The translations under genes and the position numbers were made by a program. From positions 1 through 64,000 of IMG/VR virus record IMGVR_UViG_3300020577_004340: 64,000 bases of DNA; one strand, 5' to 3'. Below are positions 20,909 through 31,071 of the stretch, piece by piece (within the stretch, counting starts at the first letter, position 1; each line of letters opens with the position of its first letter). The DNA is from a virus. Lineage: Duplodnaviria; Caudoviricetes. The notes under the pieces are model-generated. The model was not told where the DNA came from. It ran no database searches and saw only the letters and a list, made by a program, of their open reading frames with translations.

Positions 20909-22816
20909 ATGAGGACAATTGTAATATATCCAGGTAGATTTCAACCATTTTGCCCCCATCATTTTGCAGTTTATAGAAACTTAGTAAAAAAATTCGGGGA
21001 TAATGTTTATATTACCACAAGTAATAAGGTAGACACATTATCTCCTTTGAATTTTAATGAAAAGAAATCTATTATCACTCAATATGGAATACCGGCGGAT
21101 AAAATTGTACATACTACGCAACCATATAAATCAACGGAATTACTTAGTCGATATAATCAAAATGAATATTCTGTTATATTTGCCTTAGGTAAAAAGGACG
21201 CTGACAGGATTCAATTTACAAAAAAGGACGGTACTTCAGGATATTTTTCTCTATACAAAGATGGAGTTGAATTACAACCTATCAATCAAACTGGATATGT
21301 ATATATTACACCTAATATAACAATTAAGATGCCTGATAACACAGAAATGTCAGGGACTAAAGTTAGAGGTTGGATTGGAAAATCGACACCGGAAAGTTTT
21401 AAAAAATTATTTGGTTGGTATAATCCAGGGTTATACAATTTAATGAAAAAAAAATTTAATGTTGACGAAGACATTAATGTTCCTATTAATGTCGGGGATA
21501 CAGTATTAGGTGGCAGATTCAAGAATAAGAAAATAAAAATAAAGGATATCGGAAAGAATGATAAGGGAGATATTACCATTAATGGTAAACCTCTTTTAAA
21601 AGTTCGAATTAATTCTAAAATTAATGAAAGTGGGACGGGTGGCCATATTCAACATCCTTACGACGATTTAACATTGAAATTTTCAGACATTAAAGAATTA
21701 ATTAAAACGACATTATCTGGGCATATGACGATAAAGAATGCAACTGAAAAAATGGACGGGCAATCTTTATCGATAACATATATTAATGGGCAATTTAGAT
21801 GTGCTAGAAATAAGACTGATATATTAAATCCAATGTCATTACATGATTTAATTTCAAAATTTGATGGGAGAGGTACCATCTCGGATAGTTTTACAAAAGC
21901 AATGCAATTTATGATCAAGAATTTAGACAGACTGTCTGATTCTTTATTGAATAAATTTTTTAAGAATGGAAAAGTATTTCTTGGTATTGAAATTATATAT
22001 GAATCAAATAAAAATGTATTGGATTATAGTGGGTCTTATATTGTATTTTTAAACATGAATGAATATGATGAAGATGGTAAAATAATACAAATACGACCAG
22101 ATTATGCTAAAAAATTAAAATCAATTATTGACAATGTTAATGATGATTTGGACGATGAATTTAATATTAGATTACCAAATAATATTCAGTTAAACAAGGC
22201 AGTTAATTATAATGAAGATTTGACAAAATTTTTGGGGATGGTCACTAAATTACAGAACAAATTTCAATTAAGTGATTCCGATACTATCGGCGATTATTAT
22301 TCATCGTATTATCACATATTAATTAATAAACTATTTCCAAAATTGACAACGGATGCTACTGATATATTACTTAGACGTTGGGTATATGACAAGAAAACAA
22401 TCAAGTTAAATTCAAATTTATTTACAGTATATTATGAAGAATTAAAACAATTTGAAAATGAACAAGTTCCTAAGATAAATTCTACTATTAAAAGTAAATT
22501 TGAATTTATTTTTTTACAATTGGGCATAGAAGTTTTATCTAATATAACATCATTTTTTGCACCCAATCCATCGGATACTATTCAAAAAATTAGAAAAGAT
22601 TTACTTGGTGTGATTAAACAAATTAAATCGAGTGACGACCCTAGAAAATTGGATTTATTGAAAACACAATTAGGCAAGATAAAGAAACTTGGTGGATTCA
22701 ATAAAATAGTCCCCTCAGAGGGAATTGTATTCAAGTACAATGGAAAAACATATAAATTAACAGGTATGTTTGCTCCAATTAATCAGCTATTAGGTATAAT
22801 TAAATATAATAGATAA
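20909..22816 (+). CDS. Cytidylyltransferase-like domain fused to a polynucleotide-ligase-like nucleotidyltransferase domain
   Basis: YPGRFQPFCPHH (HxGH-like) and MSGTKVR; then TEKMDG (motif I KxDG), GIEII, SEGIVF (IV), YKLTG (V). Confidence 0.7.
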   Translation: MRTIVIYPGRFQPFCPHHFAVYRNLVKKFGDNVYITTSNKVDTLSPLNFNEKKSIITQYGIPADKIVHTTQPYKSTELLSRYNQNEYSVIFALGKKDADRIQFTKKDGTSGYFSLYKDGVELQPINQTGYVYITPNITIKMPDNTEMSGTKVRGWIGKSTPESFKKLFGWYNPGLYNLMKKKFNVDEDINVPINVGDTVLGGRFKNKKIKIKDIGKNDKGDITINGKPLLKVRINSKINESGTGGHIQHPYDDLTLKFSDIKELIKTTLSGHMTIKNATEKMDGQSLSITYINGQFRCARNKTDILNPMSLHDLISKFDGRGTISDSFTKAMQFMIKNLDRLSDSLLNKFFKNGKVFLGIEIIYESNKNVLDYSGSYIVFLNMNEYDEDGKIIQIRPDYAKKLKSIIDNVNDDLDDEFNIRLPNNIQLNKAVNYNEDLTKFLGMVTKLQNKFQLSDSDTIGDYYSSYYHILINKLFPKLTTDATDILLRRWVYDKKTIKLNSNLFTVYYEELKQFENEQVPKINSTIKSKFEFIFLQLGIEVLSNITSFFAPNPSDTIQKIRKDLLGVIKQIKSSDDPRKLDLLKTQLGKIKKLGGFNKIVPSEGIVFKYNGKTYKLTGMFAPINQLLGIIKYNR

Positions 22817-22855
22817 ATTTTGTAAGTTTTTACTATTTATAGTTAAAGAAAACTT

Positions 22856-23107
22856 ATGAGAAAATTGACCGAATTATATGAAGGCCCTCCTCCAGTAGAT
22901 GAATCACCTAAACAACTTCCACGAGTTACTAGACTAATGGCATTAATTGACAGAGGGGTTATTCAGAAATCAATCAATGCATTAAATACCCCAAAAGAAA
23001 AATTGGGTGCTATATTATCGTTTGCTGGATTGTTAGGAATATCTGAAAGTCAACTGCCAGTATTAATTAATCAATTAAAGACGATTATTAAAAACCCAAT
23101 TAATTAA
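22856..23107 (+). CDS. Small hypothetical protein, possible internal head protein
   Basis: MRKLTELYE N-terminus; preceded by TATTTAT motif. Confidence 0.5.
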   Translation: MRKLTELYEGPPPVDESPKQLPRVTRLMALIDRGVIQKSINALNTPKEKLGAILSFAGLLGISESQLPVLINQLKTIIKNPIN

Positions 23108-23108
23108 T

Positions 23109-23723
23109 ATGATAGGACTTGATAAGTTAAAGAATACTGATGCCATTCGAAAGATGTTGGATGGTACACATAAGACACAAACTAGAACTAATGTAGGGTG
23201 GGATAATACAATTGCTCATACAACGCACGAGATTGGTGATATTTGGCCGGAACTAGATTCTTCTGGAAATATATTATGTATATGGGAACAGAAAAAAGGG
23301 TATAAAATCAAACATCCTCCTAATTACAAGGCATTTGAAGGGTTAAACGACTATCTAAACGAATATCCAAATTGTTTTGGCGATGATTGTAAAACTAGGA
23401 TAAAAACTAGGTTAGACCAAAAATTTAGAGTGCGAACTGGAATGTGTTCAGAATGTGTGGCTAAATTAGAAACTAAATTAAAAATTCAAGGAAAATTTAA
23501 AGAATACGAAAAGGAAAAGTTAAAGAAAAATGCCCAAGCATTCTTTAATTCAACTGATATAGAAATACAATTGTTAGCTAATTCAATTGCAAGTGGTTCT
23601 GGAGTAGCACATTCAGATGGCTCAATTGAAAAATGGCTAGGGGATACAGGCCAAGCGGAAAATATATTACAAGAATATAATGAATACAAAAACATTGTAT
23701 TAAGGAGGTTGGATGAATATTAA
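23109..23723 (+). CDS. Hypothetical protein with Cys cluster
   Basis: CxxxxC...CxxC; complete ORF. Confidence 0.55.
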   Translation: MIGLDKLKNTDAIRKMLDGTHKTQTRTNVGWDNTIAHTTHEIGDIWPELDSSGNILCIWEQKKGYKIKHPPNYKAFEGLNDYLNEYPNCFGDDCKTRIKTRLDQKFRVRTGMCSECVAKLETKLKIQGKFKEYEKEKLKKNAQAFFNSTDIEIQLLANSIASGSGVAHSDGSIEKWLGDTGQAENILQEYNEYKNIVLRRLDEY

Positions 23724-24018
23724 AGTTTATTTGTTTAGTATTATTGCTTTGTTATTAATAGTAATTTATGGTGGTTACACAATACATCAAAAAAATACAG
23801 AAATTTCTAATCTGAAATTGGCTATTATTAACAATCATCTATCACAGATTGATACATTGAAACCAGTAATTGATTCATTGAATTATAAAATTGTTATAAC
23901 GTTAAATGATATTGAATATCAAAAAATATATTTAGACTCATTACAATCTAAATTAAAAAACGCTAAACAAACAGAAATTTCTATTGATAGTGCATTAAAA
24001 TTATTGAATAATTTATGA
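23713..24018 (+). CDS. Membrane-anchored coiled-coil protein (possible spanin-like)
   Basis: N-terminal TM, heptad pattern, AAGGAGG upstream. Confidence 0.45.
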   Translation: MNIKVYLFSIIALLLIVIYGGYTIHQKNTEISNLKLAIINNHLSQIDTLKPVIDSLNYKIVITLNDIEYQKIYLDSLQSKLKNAKQTEISIDSALKLLNNL

Positions 24019-24410
24019 GAAAAACTATAATATATATTATCTTATTAATGTGTAATATATCAATTTTTGGTCAATCAATTGATACTTGTTTGACAAAAGA
24101 AAAAATTGTACATATAGCAACCACAATTAATGAATTAAAACAAACGGATTCTATACATGTATTACAGATTTCTACATTGAATAAATTGGTCCATAATTAT
24201 GAATTGGTTAATAGTTTGAATTCTGAAAAAATAGAAATCCAAAATAAAGAATTGAGTATATATAAAGAAGCTATACTCGATATGCAATCTTTAATGAAGA
24301 GTCAAAATCCAAAATGGTATGAAACAAAAACAAGTAATATATTATTAGGATTTATTATTGGTACTGTTAGCATATATACCGGGTCATTAATAATTAACAA
24401 TATACGATAA
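24015..24410 (+). CDS. Exported protein with C-terminal TM (possible spanin partner)
   Basis: Sec signal ending FGQ, coiled coil, KWYE plus hydrophobic tail; ATGA overlap with the previous gene. Confidence 0.45.
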   Translation: MRKTIIYIILLMCNISIFGQSIDTCLTKEKIVHIATTINELKQTDSIHVLQISTLNKLVHNYELVNSLNSEKIEIQNKELSIYKEAILDMQSLMKSQNPKWYETKTSNILLGFIIGTVSIYTGSLIINNIR

Positions 24411-24412
24411 TA

Positions 24413-25258
24413 ATGAATCCAGATTTAAGAGCAGCGATAGCGGTAGAATTTCAGAAATGTAGCATGGATTATGTGTATGCTACAAAAAAATACCTGAAAA
24501 TAGAGCACCCTTTGAAAGGTAAGATTCCGTTTCACTTGTTTCCATTTCAGGAAAAAACTCTAACTGAATTACAAAAACATCGTTTTAATGTAGTATTGAA
24601 ATCTAGACAGATGGGTATATCTACGTTATTAGCTGCTGATTCTTTATTAAAAATGTTATTCAATGAAAATTTTAAAGTTTTAGTTATAGCTACGACACAA
24701 GATGTAGCAAGAAATTTAGTGCATAAAGTTAAAGTTATGCACGAAAATCTTCCAGTTTGGATGCGAGGTAAGATTGTAGATAATAATAAGTTATCAATAT
24801 CATTTAAGAACGGGTCATCAATAAAAGCCGTATCAAGTTCAGCCCATTCAGGACGTTCGGAGGCGTTATCTTTATTAATAATTGATGAAGCTGCATTTGT
24901 TGACCGAATTGATACAATTTGGGGGGCAGCCTTGCCAACATTATCAACGGGTGGTTCGGCAACTTTATTATCAACACCAAATGGAATTGGTAATTTATTC
25001 CATAAGATTTGGGAAGAGGCAGAAAGTGGTTTAGTGACAGAGGGATTAGAGCCATTTAATCCAATTAAGTTGAAATGGGATTTACACCCCGAAAGAAATC
25101 AAGCTTGGAGAGACCAACAAACATATGCACTAGGAGAACGTATAGCATCACAGGAATGCGTTTCAGGTGATACACTTATTACAATAAGAAATAATGAAAC
25201 TCTTGAAATTGAAACTATTACTATTTTTGAATTAGAAAACAGGTTGAAAAATGAGTAA
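24413..25258 (+). CDS. terL: Terminase large subunit N-part (ATPase) plus split intein N-fragment
   Basis: LFPFQ, KSRQMGIST Walker A, LLIIDEAAF Walker B, STPNG. Ends in IntN CVSGDTLITIR... starting at 25157. Confidence 0.93.
   Translation: MNPDLRAAIAVEFQKCSMDYVYATKKYLKIEHPLKGKIPFHLFPFQEKTLTELQKHRFNVVLKSRQMGISTLLAADSLLKMLFNENFKVLVIATTQDVARNLVHKVKVMHENLPVWMRGKIVDNNKLSISFKNGSSIKAVSSSAHSGRSEALSLLIIDEAAFVDRIDTIWGAALPTLSTGGSATLLSTPNGIGNLFHKIWEEAESGLVTEGLEPFNPIKLKWDLHPERNQAWRDQQTYALGERIASQECVSGDTLITIRNNETLEIETITIFELENRLKNE
25157..25255 (+). mobile_element. Split intein N-fragment (33 aa)
   Basis: Block A CVSGDTLITI follows extein ...IASQE. Confidence 0.88.
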
Positions 25259-26150
25259 TTTATTAAAATGTAAGATGTGTAACCAATATGAAGCTAGACA
25301 ATTATTTCAACACTTAAAAAGTAAACATGGTATTACTACATCTGAATATAGAAACAAATTTGGTAAAAATGAAATTGTTCAGATTGGATTTACTCCAAGT
25401 GATACTCGTGTAAAACCAAATAATATTCAATCAGAACAAGTTAAAAAAACGTATATTGGAATTGAACATAAACTTAATTTAATTGTAAATATTTATACAA
25501 AAGAAGAAGTTAGAAAGATATTACTTGAAAATGACAGATTTAAAAGATATTTTGGGAAAAGTAAAAATCGTACATTGATTGTGGAAGATGCTAAATTATA
25601 TAAATCCATTAAAGAGCATACTAAAATTCTAGATGAAATTGCAATTGATAAAATAAATTTTAATTACTTGTCAAAAAGAATTAAATTTATTGTAGATTAT
25701 AATTATGATGAAAGATTACTGAAATGCCGGTGTGGAAATTCTTTTACATTTAATAATGGTTGTAGGCTTTGTGCCGATAACAAAAATAATTTTCTAGGGA
25801 AAACACATACACAAGAAACCTTGACTAAATTAAGGTTATCTGCTATTAAAAGAATAGAAAGACAAATTGGACAATTAGCTCCTGCATATAATATTAATTC
25901 AATTGCAATAATTGAAAAATTCGGAAAGGAAAATGGATTTAATTTCCAACATGCAGAAAATGGTGGAGAATTTAAAGTTCCAGGATTAGGTTATTGGGTT
26001 GACGCTTATGATAGTAAAAAGAATGTTGTGTTAGAAATCGATGAACGCCAACATTTCGATAAATTTGGAAATTTAATTGAACGAGATGTTAAGAGACAAA
26101 ATGAAATAATTTCAGTGCTCGGTTGCCAATTTTATAGAATAAAATTATGA
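25251..26150 (+). CDS. Free-standing homing endonuclease (Zn fingers + NUMOD3 + Vsr/EDxHD-like domain)
   Basis: CKMC..H..H, CRCG..CRLC, NNFLGKTHTQETLTKLR, HAENGGE..YWVDAYD..VLEIDERQH..RDVKRQ. Confidence 0.8.
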   Translation: MSNLLKCKMCNQYEARQLFQHLKSKHGITTSEYRNKFGKNEIVQIGFTPSDTRVKPNNIQSEQVKKTYIGIEHKLNLIVNIYTKEEVRKILLENDRFKRYFGKSKNRTLIVEDAKLYKSIKEHTKILDEIAIDKINFNYLSKRIKFIVDYNYDERLLKCRCGNSFTFNNGCRLCADNKNNFLGKTHTQETLTKLRLSAIKRIERQIGQLAPAYNINSIAIIEKFGKENGFNFQHAENGGEFKVPGLGYWVDAYDSKKNVVLEIDERQHFDKFGNLIERDVKRQNEIISVLGCQFYRIKL

Positions 26151-26488
26151 TTTTAAAAAATAATACATATGCAGTTTTAACTCCAGACGGGTTCCGTGAA
26201 TTCGATGGATTGGCTATTAATACTCATACAAATTATTTACAAATTAATTTTACCGATGGGAATAGTATTAAATGTTCTAGTAATCATAGATTTTTCACAG
26301 ATAATTTTACTACTATCTTTGCAAATGAATTAGTCATAGGAAGTGTGATTGTTGGCGATAATTCATTATTAATAGTACAATCAATTATACAACAATCAAT
26401 TATACAAGTTAATGATGCTGTAAACTTATATGATTTATTTTCCGTTGATGGGCACAAATATTATACACAAGGGATACTAAGTCATAAT
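26147..26488 (+). mobile_element. Split intein C-fragment (114 aa)
   Basis: VLTPDGF, block B CSSNHRF, block F LYDL, terminal SHN followed by Cys+1. Confidence 0.9.
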
Positions 26489-27339
26489 TGTGATTGTGAT
26501 TTCATTTCTTCTGGACATACAGTAATACCGTCAGATATTTTACAATGGTACACTAATACACATGTTCAAGACCCAATTCAAACTAGAGGTGCTAATAATG
26601 ATGTTTGGATATGGAAATTCGTTGATTATACAAAAAGTTATGTTATAACGGCTGACATAGCTAGAGGAGATGGTGCGGATTTCTCAACATTCCACATATT
26701 TGATATTGAAACACTTGAGCAGGTTGCGGAATTTAAAGGACAATTAGGAACTCGTGAATTTGGTAATATGTTAGTTGCATATGGTCATGAATATAATACA
26801 GCATTAATTGTTCCAGAAAATATCCAGAAAATAAAAATGTTGGATGGGATACTGTACAACAAATTATTGATTTAAAATATCCAAATTTATATTATTCATT
26901 TAAATCAGACCCATTTTTAGACCCATCAATTCACTTAGCAAAGTCGTACGATTTAAAAGATAGAAAAGACATGGTTCCTGGTTTTACAACCACACCAAGT
27001 ACTCGTCCGGCCGTTGTATCTAAATTACAATTATATTTCGAACAAAAAATTCCTATAATACATTCAAAAAGATTGATATCAGAATTATATGTATTTATGT
27101 GGATTGATGGGAAACCACAAGCTCAAAGAGGTTATCACGACGATTTAGTAATACCTTGTGGAATAACATTTTTTATCCGTGATACTACGATTAGACTTAG
27201 ACAATTAGGTATAGATTTAACAAAAAAAACACTTAATTCGACACATAAATTAGTACACAAACCAACTGTCCAACAAAATTCTGCTTGGGAACACCGAACA
27301 GCCAGAGGGACAGTTGAAAAATTAAATTGGTTATTATAG
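26147..27339 (+). CDS. terL: Intein C-fragment plus terminase large subunit C-part (nuclease), frameshifted by an 11-bp duplication
   Basis: CDCDFISSG, ADIARGDGADFS, GYHDDLV. Removing one tccagaaaata copy gives VPENKNVGWDTVQ..., in frame with the 26971 ORF. Confidence 0.9.
26812..26833 (+). repeat. Perfect 11-bp tandem duplication causing a frameshift
   Basis: tccagaaaata x2. Confidence 0.95.
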
Positions 27340-29160
27340 ATGGCAAATTCATTTTCAGATTTTGTTAATAGATTATTTTCTAGTAAAGTAATTCTCAAGA
27401 AAATGCCGTCTGGTAGAATAAAGACGGTTGATTTAAACAGATTACAATCTGTAGGTAATTACACTACTGGTAGATTTAAGGGGTTACGACTTAATAGTAA
27501 TGGTCAAGCTAGCTTCTTTGGTAGTGGATATTCGACAGATACACAATCTGCTCAATTAGATGTCATGCGTAATTTGTTGTATATAGATTACGAATTGATG
27601 GATAATGACCCAATATTAGCAGGGGCATTGGATATATATGCGGATGAGGTAACAACTAGAAATGCGCATGGTGATGTATTAACTATTAATTGCCCAAACG
27701 ATAAAATAAAACAAATACTTTATAATTTACATTATGAAATTTTAAATATTGAATTTAATTTATGGAGTTGGGTTCGTACATTATGTAAATTCGGTGATTT
27801 GTATTTATACACCCCCACATTACCAACTGTCGGCGTAATAGATGCTATTCCAATTCACCCATCATTAATGAATAGACGTGATGATTCGGGTCCAAATAAG
27901 GATGAAACTAAATTTCTATTTGAACCGGCCAATTCCCAAATTACATATTCATTGGCGAAATCATCATTTGATATCCAAGAAATTGCCCATTTCAGATTAT
28001 TAACAAATACAAACTTCTTACCGTATGGTAAATCTATGTTAGAGGGGGCTAGGAAAGTTTTTAAACAACTTTCTATGATGGAAGATGCTATGTTAATACA
28101 TAGAATTATGAGAGCCCCAGAACGTAGGATATTTAAAATTGATGTGGGTAACATTGCACCTGAAGAAGTAGATGGTTATATGGAAGAAATTACCAATTCC
28201 ATGAAAAAAACTCCATACGTTGGAGATGATGGTGAATATAATCTTAAATATAATCTAATGAATATGTTAGAGGATTATTATTTACCAGTGAGAGGTGGGG
28301 ATACTGGTACTGATATTAGCTCATTACCTGGACTTACTAATGAGGGGCAAATAGACGATATTGAATATTTACGTAATAAAATGATGGCGTTCCTTAAAAT
28401 ACCTAAATCATATATGGGTTATGATGGAGAAGGTGGAAAGACAACATTGCCAGCTGAAGATGTACGTTTTGCAAGAACAATAGAACGTTTACAAAAAATG
28501 GTTACCGCTGAATTATATAAGATATCAGTAGTACATTTAATGACGCAGGGTTATACTGGTGAAGAATTATACGAGTTTTCATTGACATTGTCCCCGCCAT
28601 CAATGATATATGAAAGACAACGAGTCGATTTATTGAATGAAAAAGTTAATTTGATATCAAATATTAAAGAGCAAAAGTTATTATCAAATAAATATATATA
28701 TGAAAATATATTGAATCTCACGCCAGAAGAATGGAAGTTAGAAGAAGATTTGATAATAGAAGATTTAAAATTACGTTTTAGGCAAACACAAATTGAAGAA
28801 GAAGGTAATGACCCAGCCGTTACAGGTAAATCATTTGGTACTCCGCATGACATATCAGCATTACAAGTAGCATCAAAATTGTCAGGTACTGGAGAAAATG
28901 AAAAAACGTTTGATATAAGTACTGATAAACGACATGATAATGAAGGTCGTCCAGAAAAACCAGGGTCATTTGAACGTGCTAAAGATTCTGATTTAGGTTA
29001 TGACCCATTTGGGCGTAAAGAAATGAATAGAAATGAAGGAATGCAAAGACTGATAAAGGCATTGAATAAAGATATTGCTAAATCAATTAAAACTACACCG
29101 ACACATAAAGACCCTGATTCTGGTATAGAAATGTTAAACGAATCACTTTTATTGGACTAA
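27340..29160 (+). CDS. Portal protein (T4 gp20-like)
   Basis: QLSMMEDAMLIHRIMRAPERRIFKIDVGN, MLEDYYLPVRG, LPG. Confidence 0.95.
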   Translation: MANSFSDFVNRLFSSKVILKKMPSGRIKTVDLNRLQSVGNYTTGRFKGLRLNSNGQASFFGSGYSTDTQSAQLDVMRNLLYIDYELMDNDPILAGALDIYADEVTTRNAHGDVLTINCPNDKIKQILYNLHYEILNIEFNLWSWVRTLCKFGDLYLYTPTLPTVGVIDAIPIHPSLMNRRDDSGPNKDETKFLFEPANSQITYSLAKSSFDIQEIAHFRLLTNTNFLPYGKSMLEGARKVFKQLSMMEDAMLIHRIMRAPERRIFKIDVGNIAPEEVDGYMEEITNSMKKTPYVGDDGEYNLKYNLMNMLEDYYLPVRGGDTGTDISSLPGLTNEGQIDDIEYLRNKMMAFLKIPKSYMGYDGEGGKTTLPAEDVRFARTIERLQKMVTAELYKISVVHLMTQGYTGEELYEFSLTLSPPSMIYERQRVDLLNEKVNLISNIKEQKLLSNKYIYENILNLTPEEWKLEEDLIIEDLKLRFRQTQIEEEGNDPAVTGKSFGTPHDISALQVASKLSGTGENEKTFDISTDKRHDNEGRPEKPGSFERAKDSDLGYDPFGRKEMNRNEGMQRLIKALNKDIAKSIKTTPTHKDPDSGIEMLNESLLLD

Positions 29161-29190
29161 ATGTATATTTATATTAATACAGGAAGAATT

Positions 29191-30039
29191 ATGATTAATA
29201 ATAAGTTGAAGCATTCTAAATATAAGAATACGGGATTTATATTTGAATTATTAACGAGACAGATTGCAACAGATGTATTGACTGCTGGGCAAACGCCATC
29301 ATTAGCATTGATAAAGAAATACTTTAAAGAAGGGTCTGAGATGTATAAAGAGTTAATGCTATATAAGGCCTTACTTGAATTTAAAACTAAAAATTCAGTC
29401 AGCATAGATAAACTAATTAATTTATCAAAGAATGCCTACCAAAAATTAGATAGAAGTAAATTAAATAAAGAGAAATATAATTTAATTAAAGATATTAAGA
29501 ATGAATATCTTACAGAATCATTCTTCGATTCTAAGATTGATAATTATAAATTGTATGCTACTATATATAAATTATTTGAGTCTAATCCAGTGACTCAAAT
29601 AAATGATTATATGGTATGTTATGATTTTTTAATAGAAACTTTGGGAAGCCCAAAAAAACCAGTAATCAAAGAAGTTGTAAAAGACTATTCTATATATGAT
29701 ACACAGAGTCCAGATATAAAATCATTAACTGCAAATTTAATTATAGAAAAATTTAACCATAAATACCAAAATTTAAATAGTAAACAGCGGATATTAATGT
29801 CCAGGTTTATTAATGAAAATACTAGTTTAACGCCATTCAAAAATTTCGTGTACTCTGAAGTTATGTATATTAACAAAGAACTTGATTCAATGGTAAAATC
29901 GGAGACTGATAAATCACTGATTGTTAAATTGAAAGAGATACGTAAATTGACAGAAAATGTATTGAAAGCTAAATTAATTACAGATTCTCATGTATCTGCA
30001 TTATTAAAATTTTATGAATTAATTGATATTTTAAAATGA
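29191..30039 (+). CDS. Hypothetical prohead-associated protein
   Basis: KHSKYKNTGFIFELL N-terminus; between portal and protease. Start 29191 preferred because a TATTTAT motif and AGGA lie just upstream. Confidence 0.55.
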   Translation: MINNKLKHSKYKNTGFIFELLTRQIATDVLTAGQTPSLALIKKYFKEGSEMYKELMLYKALLEFKTKNSVSIDKLINLSKNAYQKLDRSKLNKEKYNLIKDIKNEYLTESFFDSKIDNYKLYATIYKLFESNPVTQINDYMVCYDFLIETLGSPKKPVIKEVVKDYSIYDTQSPDIKSLTANLIIEKFNHKYQNLNSKQRILMSRFINENTSLTPFKNFVYSEVMYINKELDSMVKSETDKSLIVKLKEIRKLTENVLKAKLITDSHVSALLKFYELIDILK

Positions 30040-30389
30040 AATCATTAGTAGAATTATTATTAGAGGATAATGTAACTGCACCTGGTATGGAATATGACAC
30101 TCCATATGCTTTTAGTTCCGGTTCAGTGGGTACACCAGTCAATGAAATTACATACGCTGATTTTAAATCTGACCAGACAATTTCATTTAAAGAAAAAATT
30201 AACAATAGTATTAAAGAAGTTAATAGTCAATTAAGAGTTTTAGAAGGCGTTGTTCGTAGAGCAAGTAAATTAAAATTGGAAATGGATTTAGACCAACGAG
30301 TATTTTATAAAAATACATTTACTCGCTTTGGGCAAATACAAGAAAGACTACAAAAATTATCTAATAACATCAGAGAGTTATCTAAATGA
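30036..30389 (+). CDS. Hypothetical head-associated protein
   Basis: MKSLVELLLE N-terminus, YDTPYAF motif, VNE site. Confidence 0.5.
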   Translation: MKSLVELLLEDNVTAPGMEYDTPYAFSSGSVGTPVNEITYADFKSDQTISFKEKINNSIKEVNSQLRVLEGVVRRASKLKLEMDLDQRVFYKNTFTRFGQIQERLQKLSNNIRELSK

Positions 30390-31000
30390 AAAAATTATTA
30401 ATTGAATATACACCGTTCGCTGTTACTCCACAGAAAATTAATGAATCCATTACAAATAACAATGGCAGATTAATAGTAACTGGAGTCATTCAACGAGCAA
30501 ATGTTCCTAACCAGAATTCCAGAGTTTATCCAAAAGATATCTTGGAAAGAGAAGTGGCTAGGTATATAGCAGAAGAAGTTGCACAGAATAGAGCTTTAGG
30601 TGAATTAGACCATCCAGAAGATTCAGTTGTTAACTTACGAAATGTATCACATAATATAATTGATATTAAATGGAATGGAGATGATGTTATTGGTACAATC
30701 GAAATATTAACGACTCCATCAGGTAATATTTTACGAGAGTTATTAAAAAATGGAATAACAGTAGGTATTTCTTCTAGAGGAATGGGTAGCGTTCGGCAAT
30801 TGTATGAAGATACAGTTGAAGTGGATAGTGATTTTAGTTTGTTATGTTGGGATTTCGTATCCAATCCATCTACACATGGTGCATTTATGAAACCAGTAAA
30901 TGAATCGATTAATGTTCAAAATAATCCAAATGATTACGCCCATCAATTGATTAGAGATATAGTATGCGATTTATCTGGGGTGTGTTGTTTAAAAAAATAA
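30386..31000 (+). CDS. Prohead core protease (T4 gp21-like)
   Basis: NQNSRVYP, ALGELDHP, VSH, GISSRGMGS, DFVSNPS. Confidence 0.95.
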   Translation: MKKLLIEYTPFAVTPQKINESITNNNGRLIVTGVIQRANVPNQNSRVYPKDILEREVARYIAEEVAQNRALGELDHPEDSVVNLRNVSHNIIDIKWNGDDVIGTIEILTTPSGNILRELLKNGITVGISSRGMGSVRQLYEDTVEVDSDFSLLCWDFVSNPSTHGAFMKPVNESINVQNNPNDYAHQLIRDIVCDLSGVCCLKK

Positions 31001-31008
31001 AAAAAATA

Positions 31009-31040
31009 TTTGTATAATATAAAAATAAACTATAACTTTG
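31009..31040 (+). promoter_or_regulatory. Bacteroidota-type primary-sigma promoter
   Basis: TTTG (31009) - 20 nt - TAACTTTG (31033). Confidence 0.75.
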
Positions 31041-31071
31041 TAGTATTATTTTAAAAATAAAAAAAAGGAAA

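Noticed and set aside
25251-26150. Group I intron in terL
   Set aside because: The endonuclease ORF overlaps both flanking ORFs, leaving no room for a ribozyme core; the flanks carry intein motifs instead.
26971-27339. Separate gene downstream of terL-C (likewise 57862-58428)
   Set aside because: Both are continuations of upstream genes broken by short duplications.
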